64,000 bases of DNA. Origin: Yuukianura sp. NJ FZ-2021 (Eukaryota). The stretch is from NCBI GenBank assembly GCA_046563655.1, contig CM102287.1:7378001-7442000 (forward strand), in the 5' to 3' direction. The translations under genes and the position numbers were made by a program. Each line of letters begins with the position of its first letter. The first letter of the stretch is position 1. This document shows positions 1 to 12,945 of the stretch, piece by piece. Under the pieces are notes generated by a model. The model had not been told where the DNA came from. It ran no database searches and saw only the letters and a list, made by a program, of their open reading frames with translations.

Positions 1-1257
1 ACCTGATCATGTTTCATTTCAATTCAGCAGAGCCACAGAAAGTGGAAGCTGTCTAAAAACTACGAAAAATGAGAAAGTTTTCCATGACTTACGTTGGGTT
101 TTTACAATTTACATAAGAGAAAGCTGCATGGAGTGAGTTAGAGCCAGGCATCATCATAAATTCCACAGAGTGAAAGTCAAGTAAAGTAGACCAGGATGGG
201 AATACTAATGAAAATGAATAAAGCATTAGGTTACTCTGTAAAGACTTTCCAAATTGAGCATGCAAGTGGTTGCGTGATGTGAGGAGATGAGAGATCATCC
301 GATATAAGTTAATGAAATGTTCTCAAAATGAAAATCTGTCTGAAAACGAGACACAACTTAAGAAAAACCATGCGAGGACTTATTAGATTTACTTAAGGTT
401 AGGTTAGTTTTTGAGTTCTTGGGGCGAAGTCCCTTCTGGAATCAATTTAAGTAACAAACAGACAAGGGACGTTCATTAGGATCCGAAGTTAAGATGTGGC
501 ATGACCAGGGAGTCGAATTCTGTTTCCCAAGGGAAAGTTTTCTTTCTCTGCAGAATCTTCAATAAGTTCAAATGGTTTCTGGATAGGTTAGGCTAACATT
601 CTGGATAAGACTTCTTAGTATAAAAGATGACACGCAATGAAGTCCAGTCCCTCAGCGTCCCTGTGTCATCCAATATCAACGTCAAGTCATTTGAAGCATG
701 TTAGGACTTTGAACATAAGTTGGAATAAGGGTAGGTTTTCGGAGTCAACTGACAGTGAAAGCAGTAAAAGTCGCCAAGAAACTCAGTTTCAATTGAGATC
801 AAAGAGACAGCGAAACATGGTTTAGCTGTCGTCGTAATTGAACTGTTCAAAAGTGGAGCAAGTATGACCGTTGGGTTAGGTTTATCTGAAATGTTTCTGT
901 TCAAATATGGCCGCCTGAATGTCTACTGAAGCGTTTTGCAAGCTGCATTCATCTAAATTGAGGTGAGCCTGAACCTGAGCCTGTCCAACCATATTCAATT
1001 CCCTTGGTAGTACTAAAGTTAATACAATATAGCATAAGAACAGGCGTGTTATGATCACGAGCCCAGATTTGAGCAAGTTTTATTGCATTGTCTCCCTTTA
1101 CAACGCTAACGATGTAAATGATAGAATGTACTACTTTAGCCCATTTGAAGTGTTTCTGCCGTTGTAGGGGAAAGTTGTCTCCTCCGTGTCACATTTGCGT
1201 CACTCCGGTTGAATCCAGGAGGTATAAATTATTAATGTCAATTTGGTTTATCTAAAG

Positions 1258-1490
1258 CAGTAAAATCCGTCCGTCGTCCGTCCGTCTGTCATTCAGAGTG
1301 AAAGCACCAGAATCCTGATTTAGTTTTAGAATTTCCAAATCTCGCGATCTATGATAGTCAGATTATTATAATTGAGTATAAATGACATTGCCTTTCGGAC
1401 CAAAACTTGTATGACCTTTGCTAACATATCCCGATGTTATTAAATTTTAGTCCAAATTTTGACGACAGACGGACACACGGGCAAGGACTG
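1258..1490. mobile_element. Small non-autonomous element (MITE/HINE-like) with imperfect terminal inverted repeats
   Basis: Left end CAGTAAAATCCGTCCGTCGTCCGTCCGTCTGTCA; right end TGACGACAGACGGACACACGGGCAAGGACTG, whose reverse complement is CAGT...CCGTGTGTCCGTCTGTCGTCA. No clear target-site duplication. Confidence 0.45.
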
Positions 1491-3817
1491 ATGAACCCAT
1501 AAAGTAGCTACCACATACTTGGAAATGTTGTGTTAAAAATTCGAAACGTGTTTTCGCTACTTTGAAATTGTGGTTTGCCTCAAGTTTATTATGATTTAGT
1601 GATGAGTTTATGTGAAACTACCATCAGTGGAAAAAGTAGAAGTGCTGCTGGAACAGCGAGTGAGAAGCACTTAAGATAAAGTTGGAAAACCTTTAGAAAG
1701 GAAAGTGAAAGCACCCAACAGTGAAATCGCTGGAAAACAGAAATTTCCAGAGCCTTATTCTGCGGTGTGTGTCACTTCAAAATGAATATGAAATGGCACA
1801 GTCCTTTGTATTCCGAACTGAACAAAGACTTTCTCTCCAATAATAATTTAGATAGCAGAAGAGACTTTCTAATTTCCATGTTTGTTCAAATAAGATGGTG
1901 AAATATGGAATCAATTAATCACTAAACCTTTTGCTTAGTTTATAAAGTAAAAAAAATCGGTGACCTTTGAATTATTCCAAGGTCACTGCAGTTAAAGTTG
2001 TTTTGGTCTTGGCGTCAAAATACTTGTGGAAGAAAAAAAAATGATGCGATGTTTTTTTTATGATTGCTTTCTCTCAGATTACACTCTGTCAAGATCAGTT
2101 CCAAAATGAATCCAGCAGCAGCATCTTGGAAGATGACGATATTGCTTGGACTGATGCCATTTCTGTTGGATGTTGGAGCGGGAGTTCCTGTCTTTCCGAA
2201 TCGGAGTGCTGGGAATACTGGTAAATGATCTGTAACCCACATAACGTCTGCCAGAACTCATTAATAACCTAACCTTATTCATTTTTCATTACGTAAAAGC
2301 ATGTGCTTCAAAGTTTTTAAAAGTGCAATTTTGGAAGTTCTTATAAAAAGTTTTGAAAATTGTATTTTCTAGAATTATCGAGTTATCTCACAGATTAAGT
2401 TTGATATAGTGCAGTTATGACAGCTTTCTTAGAACTTTTTCCTTTGAAGTTTTGAAATGCTTTTGTTTTACTTCACTTTGGCGTAAGTAAAGGCTTTAAA
2501 GAAGTTAAGAACTTCGGACTTGGAAGTTTTTCAAGATCGTTCTGGATTAGTTTCGGCTCGAAAGCTTTCCGAAACTTCGTTTTGGTAAAGCTTCAAAGGA
2601 TTACATTGGTCATCTTTAAAATCTAATTTTAGTGTTTTTTTTCTTAGCCGCAAACATTTAAAATTGAGCCGAACAGTCTATAGACAGTCCTTGAGGATAA
2701 AAAGTTTCTCTAAAGCACACAAGCCTCAAAAGTAAATTTGTGCTGAATCCTAAATCCTAGAAGGAACTTTAAGAATACAGGAGCATGACGTAAATTTAGT
2801 AAATTAGATCCTGTACCATGGTGTTCATGTTCTGGATGGTGGAGGATCAGTTTTCTTTTGTTTTTAGCACGAGAATACCCGGATCTAGAAGGTTTGTTCC
2901 AGGAATGCTCTAATGACCTTCCAGACCAATTCCAGCACGATCCTAACTATCTTTTACTTTCGTTTTTTTGCTTTTACTTTTACTTTCACTTTACCATTTT
3001 TCTCTTTCACTGTTTTTGGTAACCAGAAGCTCCTACTTGATGTCTTTTAGGTTAGAAACGACAGGCGCTATGTCTTCCTGCCCTTAACTCATTCCAATGC
3101 GATTATCAAAGTTACACTTTACGCTGGAATGGTTTTCGTACCTAAGTGCAAGTTTTCTGGGAGTGAAAGTTTGCACAGTCCCATCCTCTGGGAAAGTTCA
3201 TCCTTCGCGCCTTAGGCGCGTGTTGGCGATTAAATCAAATTTATTAACTCAATTTACTGTTTGCTCCAGAGTTCAAGATTGACGAGCAAGCGAACTTTAT
3301 CTTTTGACCTTCTGGCACGAATTGGAAAACTTAGCCTCAGGGGGAGGTCATAAGAAGCAAAAAAAAATTGTTAGACAGGTTTGACGGTTTTCGAAAATGC
3401 GGGTTTCAGAAGATGAAATTGTAGTGACATGTCTAAGGATTTTTTTGTGCAGTGGTATTTCATGACGCAAATGCAGCATCAGGGTGAATAACTTTCACTT
3501 CCGCTCAACGCCTACTGAAAAGGCTAACGAGTTTGCTTTTTTGAAAAATTTTGGTTTTGAGTTTGTTGAAACGGAAACGGATGCACTCAGACCCAATCAA
3601 TCCGCAAAGGAAATTGTACAGAGGAATTTTTCTGCAAGGAAGTTTTAGCCCTACCTCCACTATCATGTCTGCAAAATTGAAATTTTTCAACGTTTTGCTA
3701 TTTTTTTTGGTTGTTTTCTTTTTTGGTCCAAAGTAGCGGTTTTTCGAAAGATGACAATGATTTATCGTTTTTTCTTTGTACGTGTTTATCAACACTTTTC
3801 TTTTGTGTCATTTACAG

Positions 3818-4986
3818 GAGAAAGTGATCGAGCTGGAGCCGAAACGACAACAACATCTTCGGTACTATGAGATTTCAATATTTCATTTTCAATAACACAC
3901 TACTTTTTTAACTTTTTATGATTTCAGTTTGTCATAGTTTGTTCTAAAAATTTCCAAGTTGAAATGTCAAGTGCCATCACCATTTGAAAACTGAAACTTT
4001 CCAGGAGGTCGAGCTGCAGTTGGAAAAGTTGAAGGGAAACGACAAGTCAAGCTCCAACGCTTCTTCAAAACACGATGCACCCAGCGAACCGAAACCTACG
4101 CACTCTGTTCAACCCAAGTCTGAATGTAAAACACTTTTAACATAACAAAAGTTTTTAAAACAAACTAACCTAATCAGCCTAACCTAAAGCTTCTTCAACC
4201 TAACTTTTTGGTTGCTTTTCTTTAGTAAACCTGGAAACGCCAGCAGTCAGCGACAACTCTCCAGTGGACTCCATATGGGACGTCGTAGATGAGTTGAGCA
4301 AAAGAGACATTCCATTTCCCGAGTTTCGGAACATTGACTTAACGTCAACTCCTCATGACATTGCCGAGTACATTTTTTGGACCGGTAACGAGCACTCCGT
4401 GACTCTGGCTCTCAGTGAACTTCTCAACAACGAAGAAGTAAGTTTCTCTTTTCTCCGCGTAACAAAGTTATGTAGCGTTTTTCTACTTAAAAAAAGTTAT
4501 GCAATGAAACTTTTTTTTGAAACTCAACCCCATATGGAGTTTGCACAACCTAACCTTGAGGTTTCTCTGTAGTTATCCCGAGAAGAGGCCATTATTTTTC
4601 TGGAAATGGTTAAAGACGAACTGGAAACTTTGCGAAACCGCTACAGACAAATCCATTTGGTTCCAGAGGATTCGCTGGAAAGTGACAAGCAAATTCCACA
4701 AAAGAAGCAGAACAGGACAAATGAAAAACTTCCTTCGTCGTCGTCGTTTGAGCCACGCGGGAACAAGGCTGAAGAGTTGAGCACTTTGAATCCCATTTTA
4801 CCTCCGTCGTTCCCACCAAAACATAATGAGATCTTTGAAAGTACTGGTAGCAGTGACTATGATGCAGAGCTTCTGGAAAAAGTGGGCCAAATTATCGAAG
4901 AGAGAGAACTTTCACTTCGGAACAAAATTGGAAAATTGGCACAGGATTTGCAGAGGCTTGCCGATTTTGTTGCAAAAAACTACTAA
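3818..4986 (+). CDS. Multi-exon gene for an uncharacterised, possibly secreted or neuropeptide-precursor-like protein; first coding exon unresolved
   Basis: Phase-consistent GT-AG exons 3818-3861, 4005-4125, 4226-4437 and 4573-4986 give an open frame including SKR-DIPFPEFRNIDLTSTPHDIAEYIFWTGNEHSVTLALSELLNNEE|LSREEAIIFLEMVK and ending VAKNY*. A hydrophobic MSAKLKFFNVLLFFLVVFFFG at 3665 could be a signal-peptide exon, but its donor is weak. Confidence 0.7.
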
Positions 4987-5315
4987 AACAGATATTATCT
5001 GATTTACATTCTCAATTTTAAAATAGACAAACCGTTATTGCGTTTTTTTCTTGGAACAATTCAATTTTTTTTTGCGAAATTAGACAACAGGATGCTTTAA
5101 ATGTACCAAGTTTTTAGATTTTTCGAAATTTTTAAATTTTAAACTTCACATTTAGATTTTCGTTGAATGTCCTAAAACAAAGTAAAGATGTAATTTCATA
5201 ACTTGTTCGAGTGAAATATGCGGATCAAAAATAAAATTGTATTCTTTTTGGTGTTTACTGTTATGTTATATTTAGTTCTCGTATTTCTACATAGCATTAA
5301 GCATTCAGCATATCA

Positions 5316-5345
<30 letters not shown>
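5316..5345. repeat. (AAT)10 microsatellite
   Basis: Perfect trinucleotide run between two convergent genes. Confidence 0.95.
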
Positions 5346-5346
<1 letters not shown>

Positions 5347-5388
5347 TTTTTGTAGATGTTTTTGTACAATTGTTGAGATTATTTAGGT

Positions 5389-6246
5389 TTAGACAGCTTC
5401 TGCAAGCGGTTCTAGTGCGTTTGTTTCCGGTTGTCTGTATCTGGGATTATTCCTGCTAGCCCAAGCGTCCATGTCACCAGCAGCTCGAGGTCTCAATACC
5501 CAGCTGCGGTAATCCTCCACGACACAAAAGCCGAAAACAATTGAAAAGACAATGTCAAAGGCAACAGCCACACGAAACACGTTGAACACCATGACACCCC
5601 ACCAATCCGCTGTGGGTAAAGGATGGACAGCGTTCGTCAGAAACACTTCGCCGAACGACAGTGTCACCAGCAACAAGAACATGTACGCGAAAGAGTTAGT
5701 GCAAAGGCAAAGCCCACGTCCAGTAACAGCATAAGGTGCATTCATCTAAAATTTCAAGAAAAGAGAAAGTCAAGAAATAATTTACTACTACTTGAAAAAT
5801 TCAAAAATCACAAAAATCGATCTTGGACTGACGGTTTTTAGAGATTTGAATAAGTAGATGACAGCAGCAATACGGAGGCAATTGGCAACTGCACTCAAGG
5901 CGCTCATAATTTCCACAAGTCGCCCATCGGATATCGTAGGATAAATTATGGACTCTGAGTTACGTCCAAACACAAAGGCATGTGTAAATAACCAGGCCGC
6001 TGAAAGTATTTCCAGGACGGACAGGACCTGTCCAGAGAAAGTTACATAAATTTTAGTTTAAAAATTGGAAAAGATGTTTAGTGTTACCAACTGGACAAAT
6101 ACGACGCTTCTAACAGCGTTTCTGATGGTTAAGCCGCAGCAAATCTTAGACGGCCTATAGCAGCATACACACCCTTCACACCCAGAATTACGACTGTCAC
6201 CAGTAGCAAGTCGTAACTGAGGAGCGGGACAGATTGCTGCTCCCAT
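5389..6246 (-). CDS. Four-transmembrane protein, LAPTM4/DUF4728-like (about 236 aa)
   Basis: Exons 6246-6088, 6027-5833 and 5745-5389, all phase-0 GT-AG. Cys-rich N-terminus (CVCC...KICCGLTIRNAV) followed by four hydrophobic segments and a polar tail. Confidence 0.75.
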
Positions 6247-7298
6247 TTTCACGAAATTTTAACAAAATTTAAAAAATATGGTTGAAAAACTTTTTCTGGT
6301 AATTTACATTATTGTATCACAATTAAAGCACACAGACGATCGAAGAAAGAACTTTTCCCTATGTCGAAGTAGTAAATATTTGCCAGAATGAAAGTAGCTT
6401 ATATGGAAGAAAGCATATAGTACTGCCGACAAATAAGAATAGAAAATGACAAATCTGGAAACAGGGTTGGGAACGAAAGACAACCACATTCCTATAAGAT
6501 CCTAAAATGTAGCATCAAAATTCCTAACTAGGAATTGTATAATTTTTGCTTCTCTAATTTTGAAATTTTATATTCTAGTAACACATGCTTTTCCAGTGTT
6601 GATGGAAGAAATGACCATAATTGTCGTAAATTTCGTCGAGTTTTCAATTTGCAATGGAGTTACAATTTCTTGAAGCAGCGACGAAGATGCGAGACTTTCA
6701 CTTCAGCTCGCAAAACAAAATGCTTTTTAATTTGAAATGATGAAATTTTGATTTCAAGTTTTTAGTTTTAATAGGGTTAGAGTAGGTTGGACTTGCCAGA
6801 TTAAAATACAAAATGTCCAACATAAAACATATTTTCATGAGTACAAAGTACAGAGTCTGAAATTCCTTCGGGGTGAAACGGGGTTAAAATAAATTTTTCT
6901 AACCATTGTTAAAAACACAATAGCGGCCCTTGTTACTCTGGATTTTTTTTTCAAAGGGCCAAATACACCCTAATCTTGTAACAATCTCTACTTAGAATCA
7001 GGATGCATGAAGAGAAACTTGGCCACTCGGCATCGCTACTTTCCGTAAGTGCTCGAGAGGAATTTGATCTGAAGAGGCAAAACCTCAACAAAACCCCGCT
7101 GCCGAATTTCTAAATCTTTACTAAACAAAGCTTAACAAATATAAGAAAATAGTCCTTGGCATTATTTTTTTCTCAACAAAGACAAGGCTAGTATCAACGG
7201 CCGAATTTACTCCAACTAAATTCTGATTTTCAAGACGCTTTCTCATTTAGTACAACTTTGTCCAATGAAAGGACCAGAAGTCTCTGTTTCATTTTCAG

Positions 7299-7734
7299 AA
7301 AAATCAAACGATAAGCTAATTCAGCTCAACGAAGAATTCAAAAATGGCTTAAAAATAAAACGGTAAGTCATTGCTATTTATTATTTCATTATTTATATTT
7401 TATTCTGATTCAAGTGCTTCTAATTTACTATAACCTGTTAACCTACAGGCGAACGATGACACGAAAATGGATGGAGGTTAATTCACTCGTAAATTGCCAC
7501 GCCCTTCTCTTGCTGTAAGTGTTACGAAAGATCTGTAAACATCTTAGATGTACCAAGCAATTCTAATGATGCGAATAATTTAATTTTTATTTATGAATTT
7601 ATAGCCCGTATCAATCGATGTTAACACATATGGGAACCTTGGTGGAAGAACGAAGAAAATATTTCCCATTGACAAATTGTGCAGATACGCGTTGCAATGT
7701 TTCATCCGTTGAAATGTCAGCACGATCGGATACG
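7299..7734 (+). pseudogene. Possible decayed spliced gene fragment
   Basis: Three exon-like blocks (7299-7362, 7449-7514, 7605-~7734) with good acceptors and GTAAGT donors, but in-frame stops and frameshifts; no recognisable product. Confidence 0.2.
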
Positions 7735-9421
7735 GTATTCTCTAAAACAAAACTGAATACTAGCGTTAACACTTAGACACGTTAATCCCAACACATAGAT
7801 GTAATTATCTAGTTGAGTTCAAAATAATTATTGGATTTTACAGCTGAACAAAGATGTGGAAATCCGGCAGTTTGTTGTGGTTGGGGCAGGCACTGCCGCG
7901 GAAAATGGTGACGTAGAGGGAAGTTACTTTATCCTTCCACTTTCGAATAGAGTTAGAACCAGTCATCCTCTGTAAGTATTTCAAGTGATTCATTGACTTT
8001 TTATTATTGTTATGTTTTTTACACGGTGGGCTATTTAGGTACTCGGTGACATTGAAAAGAATGACTTCAAACACTACAGAAAAGCCCAGACTATATTGAT
8101 CAAAAAAATGATGCTGAACGTAGAGTCCTTCCTCGAGGTGAAAATTTTGTTCAGTTTCCGCTGTTTAGCGTTCGTCAAGCCACAAGTCAACAGAAAAGGA
8201 TGAATTCTAGACTATCATAGCGACGTCGATTTCACACGTATTCCGTGCAACAGGAATGTTAATTAGTGCTTGTAATTTTTTTAAACTATTCTTCCAAATC
8301 CCGAAGAGACTCTCTGTTATATGTACTAGTTAGCAAGTGCCATTCGAAAAACTTTCCTGTAAATGGGAAAAGGAAGGGGATGTTGGACACCGAAACCAGT
8401 GTGGGACTAGTGCAAACAGGCCGCTTATTTTTTTGCCTTTGGATCGGTGGTTCAGATGTTGCTCAGGATTAGAAAACCTTTTCGTATTTGTGTAACTGGG
8501 GAAAAATTCGTGTCCTGCTCTTATCTACTGTACTGAAATAAGGGTACGCTCAAAACAATGTTGGAATTGCAAGTTGCAATGTGAAAGAGGGCATTGACCC
8601 TTATTTACTTCAATACTAGAGTTGGGGTTAGGACACTAAGTCCTGACCTGACCTCGCAGTGAGGCCTTACAAGAACAATGTTCCAGAAGAACTGGAAGGA
8701 AAGAATGATGATTGTGTAGGCCGGCCTGAGTCCTTTTATAAGCCCAGAGCTGGAGTAGGATTACGATTACGCAATTCTATCTCCAAATTATCATGCACAA
8801 ATTACAATTCGAATTTTAGAACTTCACAAAAGGAAAATGTTCTTTTGTTTCTACAATTGAACTCTAAAAGGAAAGCAATTTACATGTGAACTTTACTTTT
8901 GAACTTTAAGAAAAGTTAGCGTTATGTTTTTTTAACACTACCATGACTTGGTATTTTGGAAATCCTAATACCTTGCGAATTTGAAAATTTTTTAGACACT
9001 AACTAGTTTTATTTCTGGATTTAATGTCCAAATACACTTAATGTCAGTTTATAGGTGAAATAATGTTTGGTATCGAACCGTTGCAGTAGGAATAATTACA
9101 TGCTGCAAATGTGTGTTTCGTAAATAACACGTAATCCTCCCTCCTGCACGTAATAAGTGGTCAACAGCAATTTCGTTAAGAGAGAAAGAGAGCCCGCGGC
9201 GGAGGTGCAAGGTTCACGAAGTGGAATCCGGGGCCGGTACCTTACTCTAAAATGGAATTTGATATGATAAACTGTGAGAGATAAATTTATTTGTTAATTA
9301 ATAAATTAGTAATAATTCACAAATTTAACACATCGCACACCAGTGGATGTTACGTAAATTTTAAAATGCTAAGTCCAACATGGTGAAGAAACTCCTTGAC
9401 TCAATGTTATTAGGGTTTAAG

Positions 9422-9850
9422 TGGGCCCAGTAGACGATGAAAGCATCCCATGTTCCATGTTTAGTAATTTCAAAAAAAAATGGAAAGCGTAAATTATAAG
9501 AAAATTGTGCGCTCAGTGAATCCATAACTATGAACCTATGTTTACCCGCGGTAGACGACAAATACCTGTCACAATCTTTAACAACTATCAGTTTTTCAAT
9601 GTGGTATAACGTTATAATAATGCCTTGGCTTGTTCTTGGAGTTTAGCTTAACTACAATACTTGATCTTTCAAAATACTGAACTCAAAACATATATCAGAA
9701 ACTCCCCAACCGTCGTTATCAGCTGGCTATCCCAGCTTGTTAGGTTGGACAACGCAGTATCCACCTTTGAAACAATAATTTCCGGTTCGAATTTCAAATG
9801 GGCCCAGTAGACAATGAAAACATCCCATTATTCCCATTGTTCCATGTTTA
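9422..9850 (+). mobile_element. Two copies of a tRNA-derived SINE-like remnant
   Basis: TGGGCCCAGTAGAC(G/A)ATGAAA(G/A)CATCCCAT...GTTCCATGTTTA occurs at 9422-9463 and 9799-9850. The second copy follows a B-box-like GGTTCGAAT (9784-9792). Confidence 0.4.
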
Positions 9851-9986
9851 AACACATTTAACGTGTATTTAATAATTAATTAGACTTACTGGTTTTTAGC
9901 AAAACCCCATGTAAGTATAATAGTATTCCAAATACTTTCAAAATATTCAACTCTCAATAACTACTTCACTAATTTTTTTATCACTA

Positions 9987-10729
9987 CTAGTTGTAGTTTT
10001 GTAGCTTTCGGAAAACTTTGCGTTTTTCCTTTGGGGTTTTAATTAGCCCAGGCGGTATATACGCAATAGAGGTTCCCGTGGCGAATTTTGGTGAGATTAC
10101 TTTGGTATTTTCTCGTATTTGGAGAGTTTTCGAGACCGGAGGTGGTAGGGCACCTATTTCATCATTCTCGGCTGGAGCGTCCCAATCTTCATCGCTCTAT
10201 TTTTAAATTTAGCTTTGCGTTAAAATTTTTAATACTTTTTGAAAATTTTTGAAAATTTTGGCGGCTTTTTTTTGCCTGTTTGGCTACTTTTGAACGAGTG
10301 TATTTACTAGGACCATCATTCCATTCAGCAACAGTCTAAAACAAATTAACTAACCAGTATACTTAAACTCATTTTAATTATTTTGTAGCGAAACCAGTAC
10401 CGCGATATGGAAAAAATTTCGAAGCTATGCAAAATCAAAATCAGCCGTCGGAACCCAGCCTTTCATCTGATTCGGGAACCGAAACGTCGGTTTCGGCTGA
10501 TTGCTTTGATTGCCCTTTCTCTACGAACCCACTTTTCGAATTCAAAATAACTTTTTTAGTGAAAAAGGCGGCCAATGTATGTCAAATCTCTTTGCTTGGC
10601 GTATCCCACCTTTACGAGGCGCGAAAGAACGCCATCTCTCACCTCTTTGAGCAGGTCTTCCCGGCTCTTTTGTTTAGTTTCGAGATTATTTCTATCATTG
10701 CTCCCCTCATCCTTCGTTTCTGCCGACAT
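9987..10729 (-). pseudogene. Decayed coding sequence of unknown origin
   Basis: A protein-like frame MSAETKDEGSNDRNNLETKQKSREDLLKEVRDGVLSRLVKVGYAKQRDLTYIGRLFH*KSYFEFEKWVRRERAIKAISRNRRFGSRIR* continues through stops. A downstream block reads SDEDWDAPAENDEIG...KEKRKVFRKLQNYN*. A polypyrimidine acceptor lies at about 10737. Confidence 0.35.
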
Positions 10730-10824
10730 TTGAATCTAACAAAAAAGGAAGGAAACTATAGTTTACGGAGACAGCTGATGAATAGAATATGACAATGTGA
10801 TTGACGTAAGAAAATAAGTGTAAC

Positions 10825-11701
10825 TGTCACCCGAAATGGTGGCATTTAGTTGGCAAGGTAGAGGTCTCTTAAGGAGCCTTACGTATTAGACGGCTGATTC
10901 TACCTTTTGTCCCCGAAGCTTGTCCGCCACTGAAGTAGCCGATGGCTTAGAGGTGCTGTCGTAGTCTGGACCACTAGTGGTAAGTTGAACCCATAGGTGA
11001 ACTTCCGGGGAAGTGAATAACTGGTCAACGGTAAGATGGATAAAAGGTAACAGAAGTAACCGGTCGTCTTCCGAACAATGGAATGCTCTGACCAGTAACA
11101 GGAAATGAAGTAGTCTGAGCACAATAAGATTGATTGAATAACTATTGTTTATTGTTAGACGAACACTCTATTCTATGGGGGGGGGGGGGTTCACTGGATT
11201 ATTACTCTAGACTCGGAGTTCCGCTCAACAGAACTCCGAGCCTTCCAGACTCTCAATCTAGGCTTATTGTTAGAAGAACATTATTGTCCTGAATTTAGGC
11301 TATTGTTCAGTCTGACTAAGACTGAGTAACTGCGAACTACTTAGACTAACTTCTAACTACTACTAAAGGGCTGACGCTTAAGGTCTGACTCCTTAATTAC
11401 GACTAACTGACTAAATAAGACTGACTCTAACTAAGGTATATACCGGCTACTTAAAAGAGTAAGATGACGCACAAGCTCACATGAGCGTGCGTCATTGGCT
11501 TAAATATGTGCACGTGTTAAAGTTATGTAACTGCCACGTAAGTTACTGCGTTTTAAAGTTATGATTCATGCACACCTGCTAAGTTTAGGTTACTGCGACT
11601 TGGCTTAAGAAGCATCTTAGAAGTATGAGTCATCTGCTCGGAACAGTGTGAGTGAGATGACCCGGTCATAACGCTCACATACTCAACTCACCACGGTGAA
11701 A
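10825..11701 (-). mobile_element. Probable solo LTR in minus orientation
   Basis: Near-inverted ends TGTCACCCG...CGGTGAAA. On the minus strand a TATATA (11437-11442) lies upstream of AATAAA (11148-11153), the U3-R-U5 order. Contains reiterated GACTAA/CTGACT motifs and hairpins; no ORF and no target-site duplication found. Confidence 0.5.
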
Positions 11702-12689
11702 TTCCTGTCAAGGAATTTGAATAGTTTTTGCAAAACAAGATAGGTTACTCATTTTCAACATTTTGTTCCGTGTTGTTAGCCTAAATTCATTTAAAAGTTA
11801 ACTTTAAATTTCGTTTTCAGGGTATGTTTTCTGACTGTTTATTCGGGTTCAATTTCTCCTTAAAGTGAAAGTTATTCTGGGGGAAAATGTTAGACTTTCA
11901 AAAATCTTCTGCCCCAAAAAAATTAGTTGAACTAAATCTGTGAATAAAGTTGGCGTTTTGGTGTAGTACGTTATGATCAAAGGGATGCAAGTGAAAGCGT
12001 AAAAGCCGTTTCTCGAAAACTACACTTATTTTGTTTAATCACTTTTTAGTCGTGTGTAAACTGTATTTCCGCGGATTTGAAGTCTTACACTTAGGATTTT
12101 ACCCGAAACTTATAGCACTTTTCAGAAGGCGAAAATAAAAGTTTAATTTTTTGTTATTTTGAACAAAGACCGTAGTGCTTCTTGCTGGTTAGTTGCATCT
12201 AAGGTGATCAAAGCCGAACTGACTTTCTTCCTAAAAACAAGTGCCCCTTTGCTAGTTTGTTAAAGGACACTTAGCTTGAAGAAATGCTAAGTTAGCGTGG
12301 GTGGGCGGAATAAATGAATGCGCGAACCAATGAAACTTTGGCTGCAGTACTGAGGCCATGTGTTGTAGACATGGTTTTTAGGATTAAGGATCTGTTCAAC
12401 GTCGTACTATTCCCATGTCAAAAGTTCAAGAATGGTCATAAATCTCTTAATCTTCAGGTCTCAAAAAAATGCTTTTTTCTTATGAAGCCCATAAGGAATC
12501 CTAACGGTCTCTTTTTGACAGATGTGACCTCTCTCATCCCGGATTTAATTTTGAGGAAAACAGATCCATGTTTTTTATGCAAACTGGATTGAACCAGTTG
12601 ACTACTGAGGATTGTGCACAAAATTTTGCAAAAATTTTGATTTTTGATAAAATTTTGAAAATTGGCTACCTCTACTTTATGGTATCTTT

Positions 12690-12945
12690 ATTGTCGGTCT
12701 GTCTGTCAGCCTGTTACTGTCCAGCTTGTAAATTTTTAATTTTAATTTTGCCAAAAGTATTAATAGAAGCTACTTTATTATTATATATGTCCATGTGTCA
12801 GTCTGTATGTCTACTTAGTGTACATTATTTAGATCATTTGAAAAAGTAATCTTTATTTTAAACTGATTTTTACTTAATTTTACGAAAATTTATTAATTTC
12901 ATTGAGACTTGTCATTTTTGTCGGTCTGTCTATCTGTCTACCCTT
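12690..12945. repeat. GTCY-rich motifs typical of non-autonomous arthropod repeats
   Basis: TTGTCGGTCTGTCTGTC (~12691), GTCCATGTGTCAGTCTGTATGTC (~12789) and TTGTCGGTCTGTCTATCTGTC (~12918) in AT-rich sequence; same motif class as 1258-1490. Confidence 0.35.

Noticed and set aside
400..3100. Coding-looking minus-strand fragments, including IPGTNLLDPG, reminiscent of a parvoviral/Polinton PLA2 loop
   Set aside because: The frames are riddled with stops, the YLGPG and HD motifs are missing, and no product can be supported.
7069..7110. Hammerhead-like CTGAAGA-GGCA...TGCC-GAAT
   Set aside because: The core reads GAAT rather than GAAA, and stems I and III cannot be formed convincingly.
9730..9810. 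Possible tRNA gene
   Set aside because: Only a B-box-like motif is present and there is no cloverleaf; treated as a SINE remnant.
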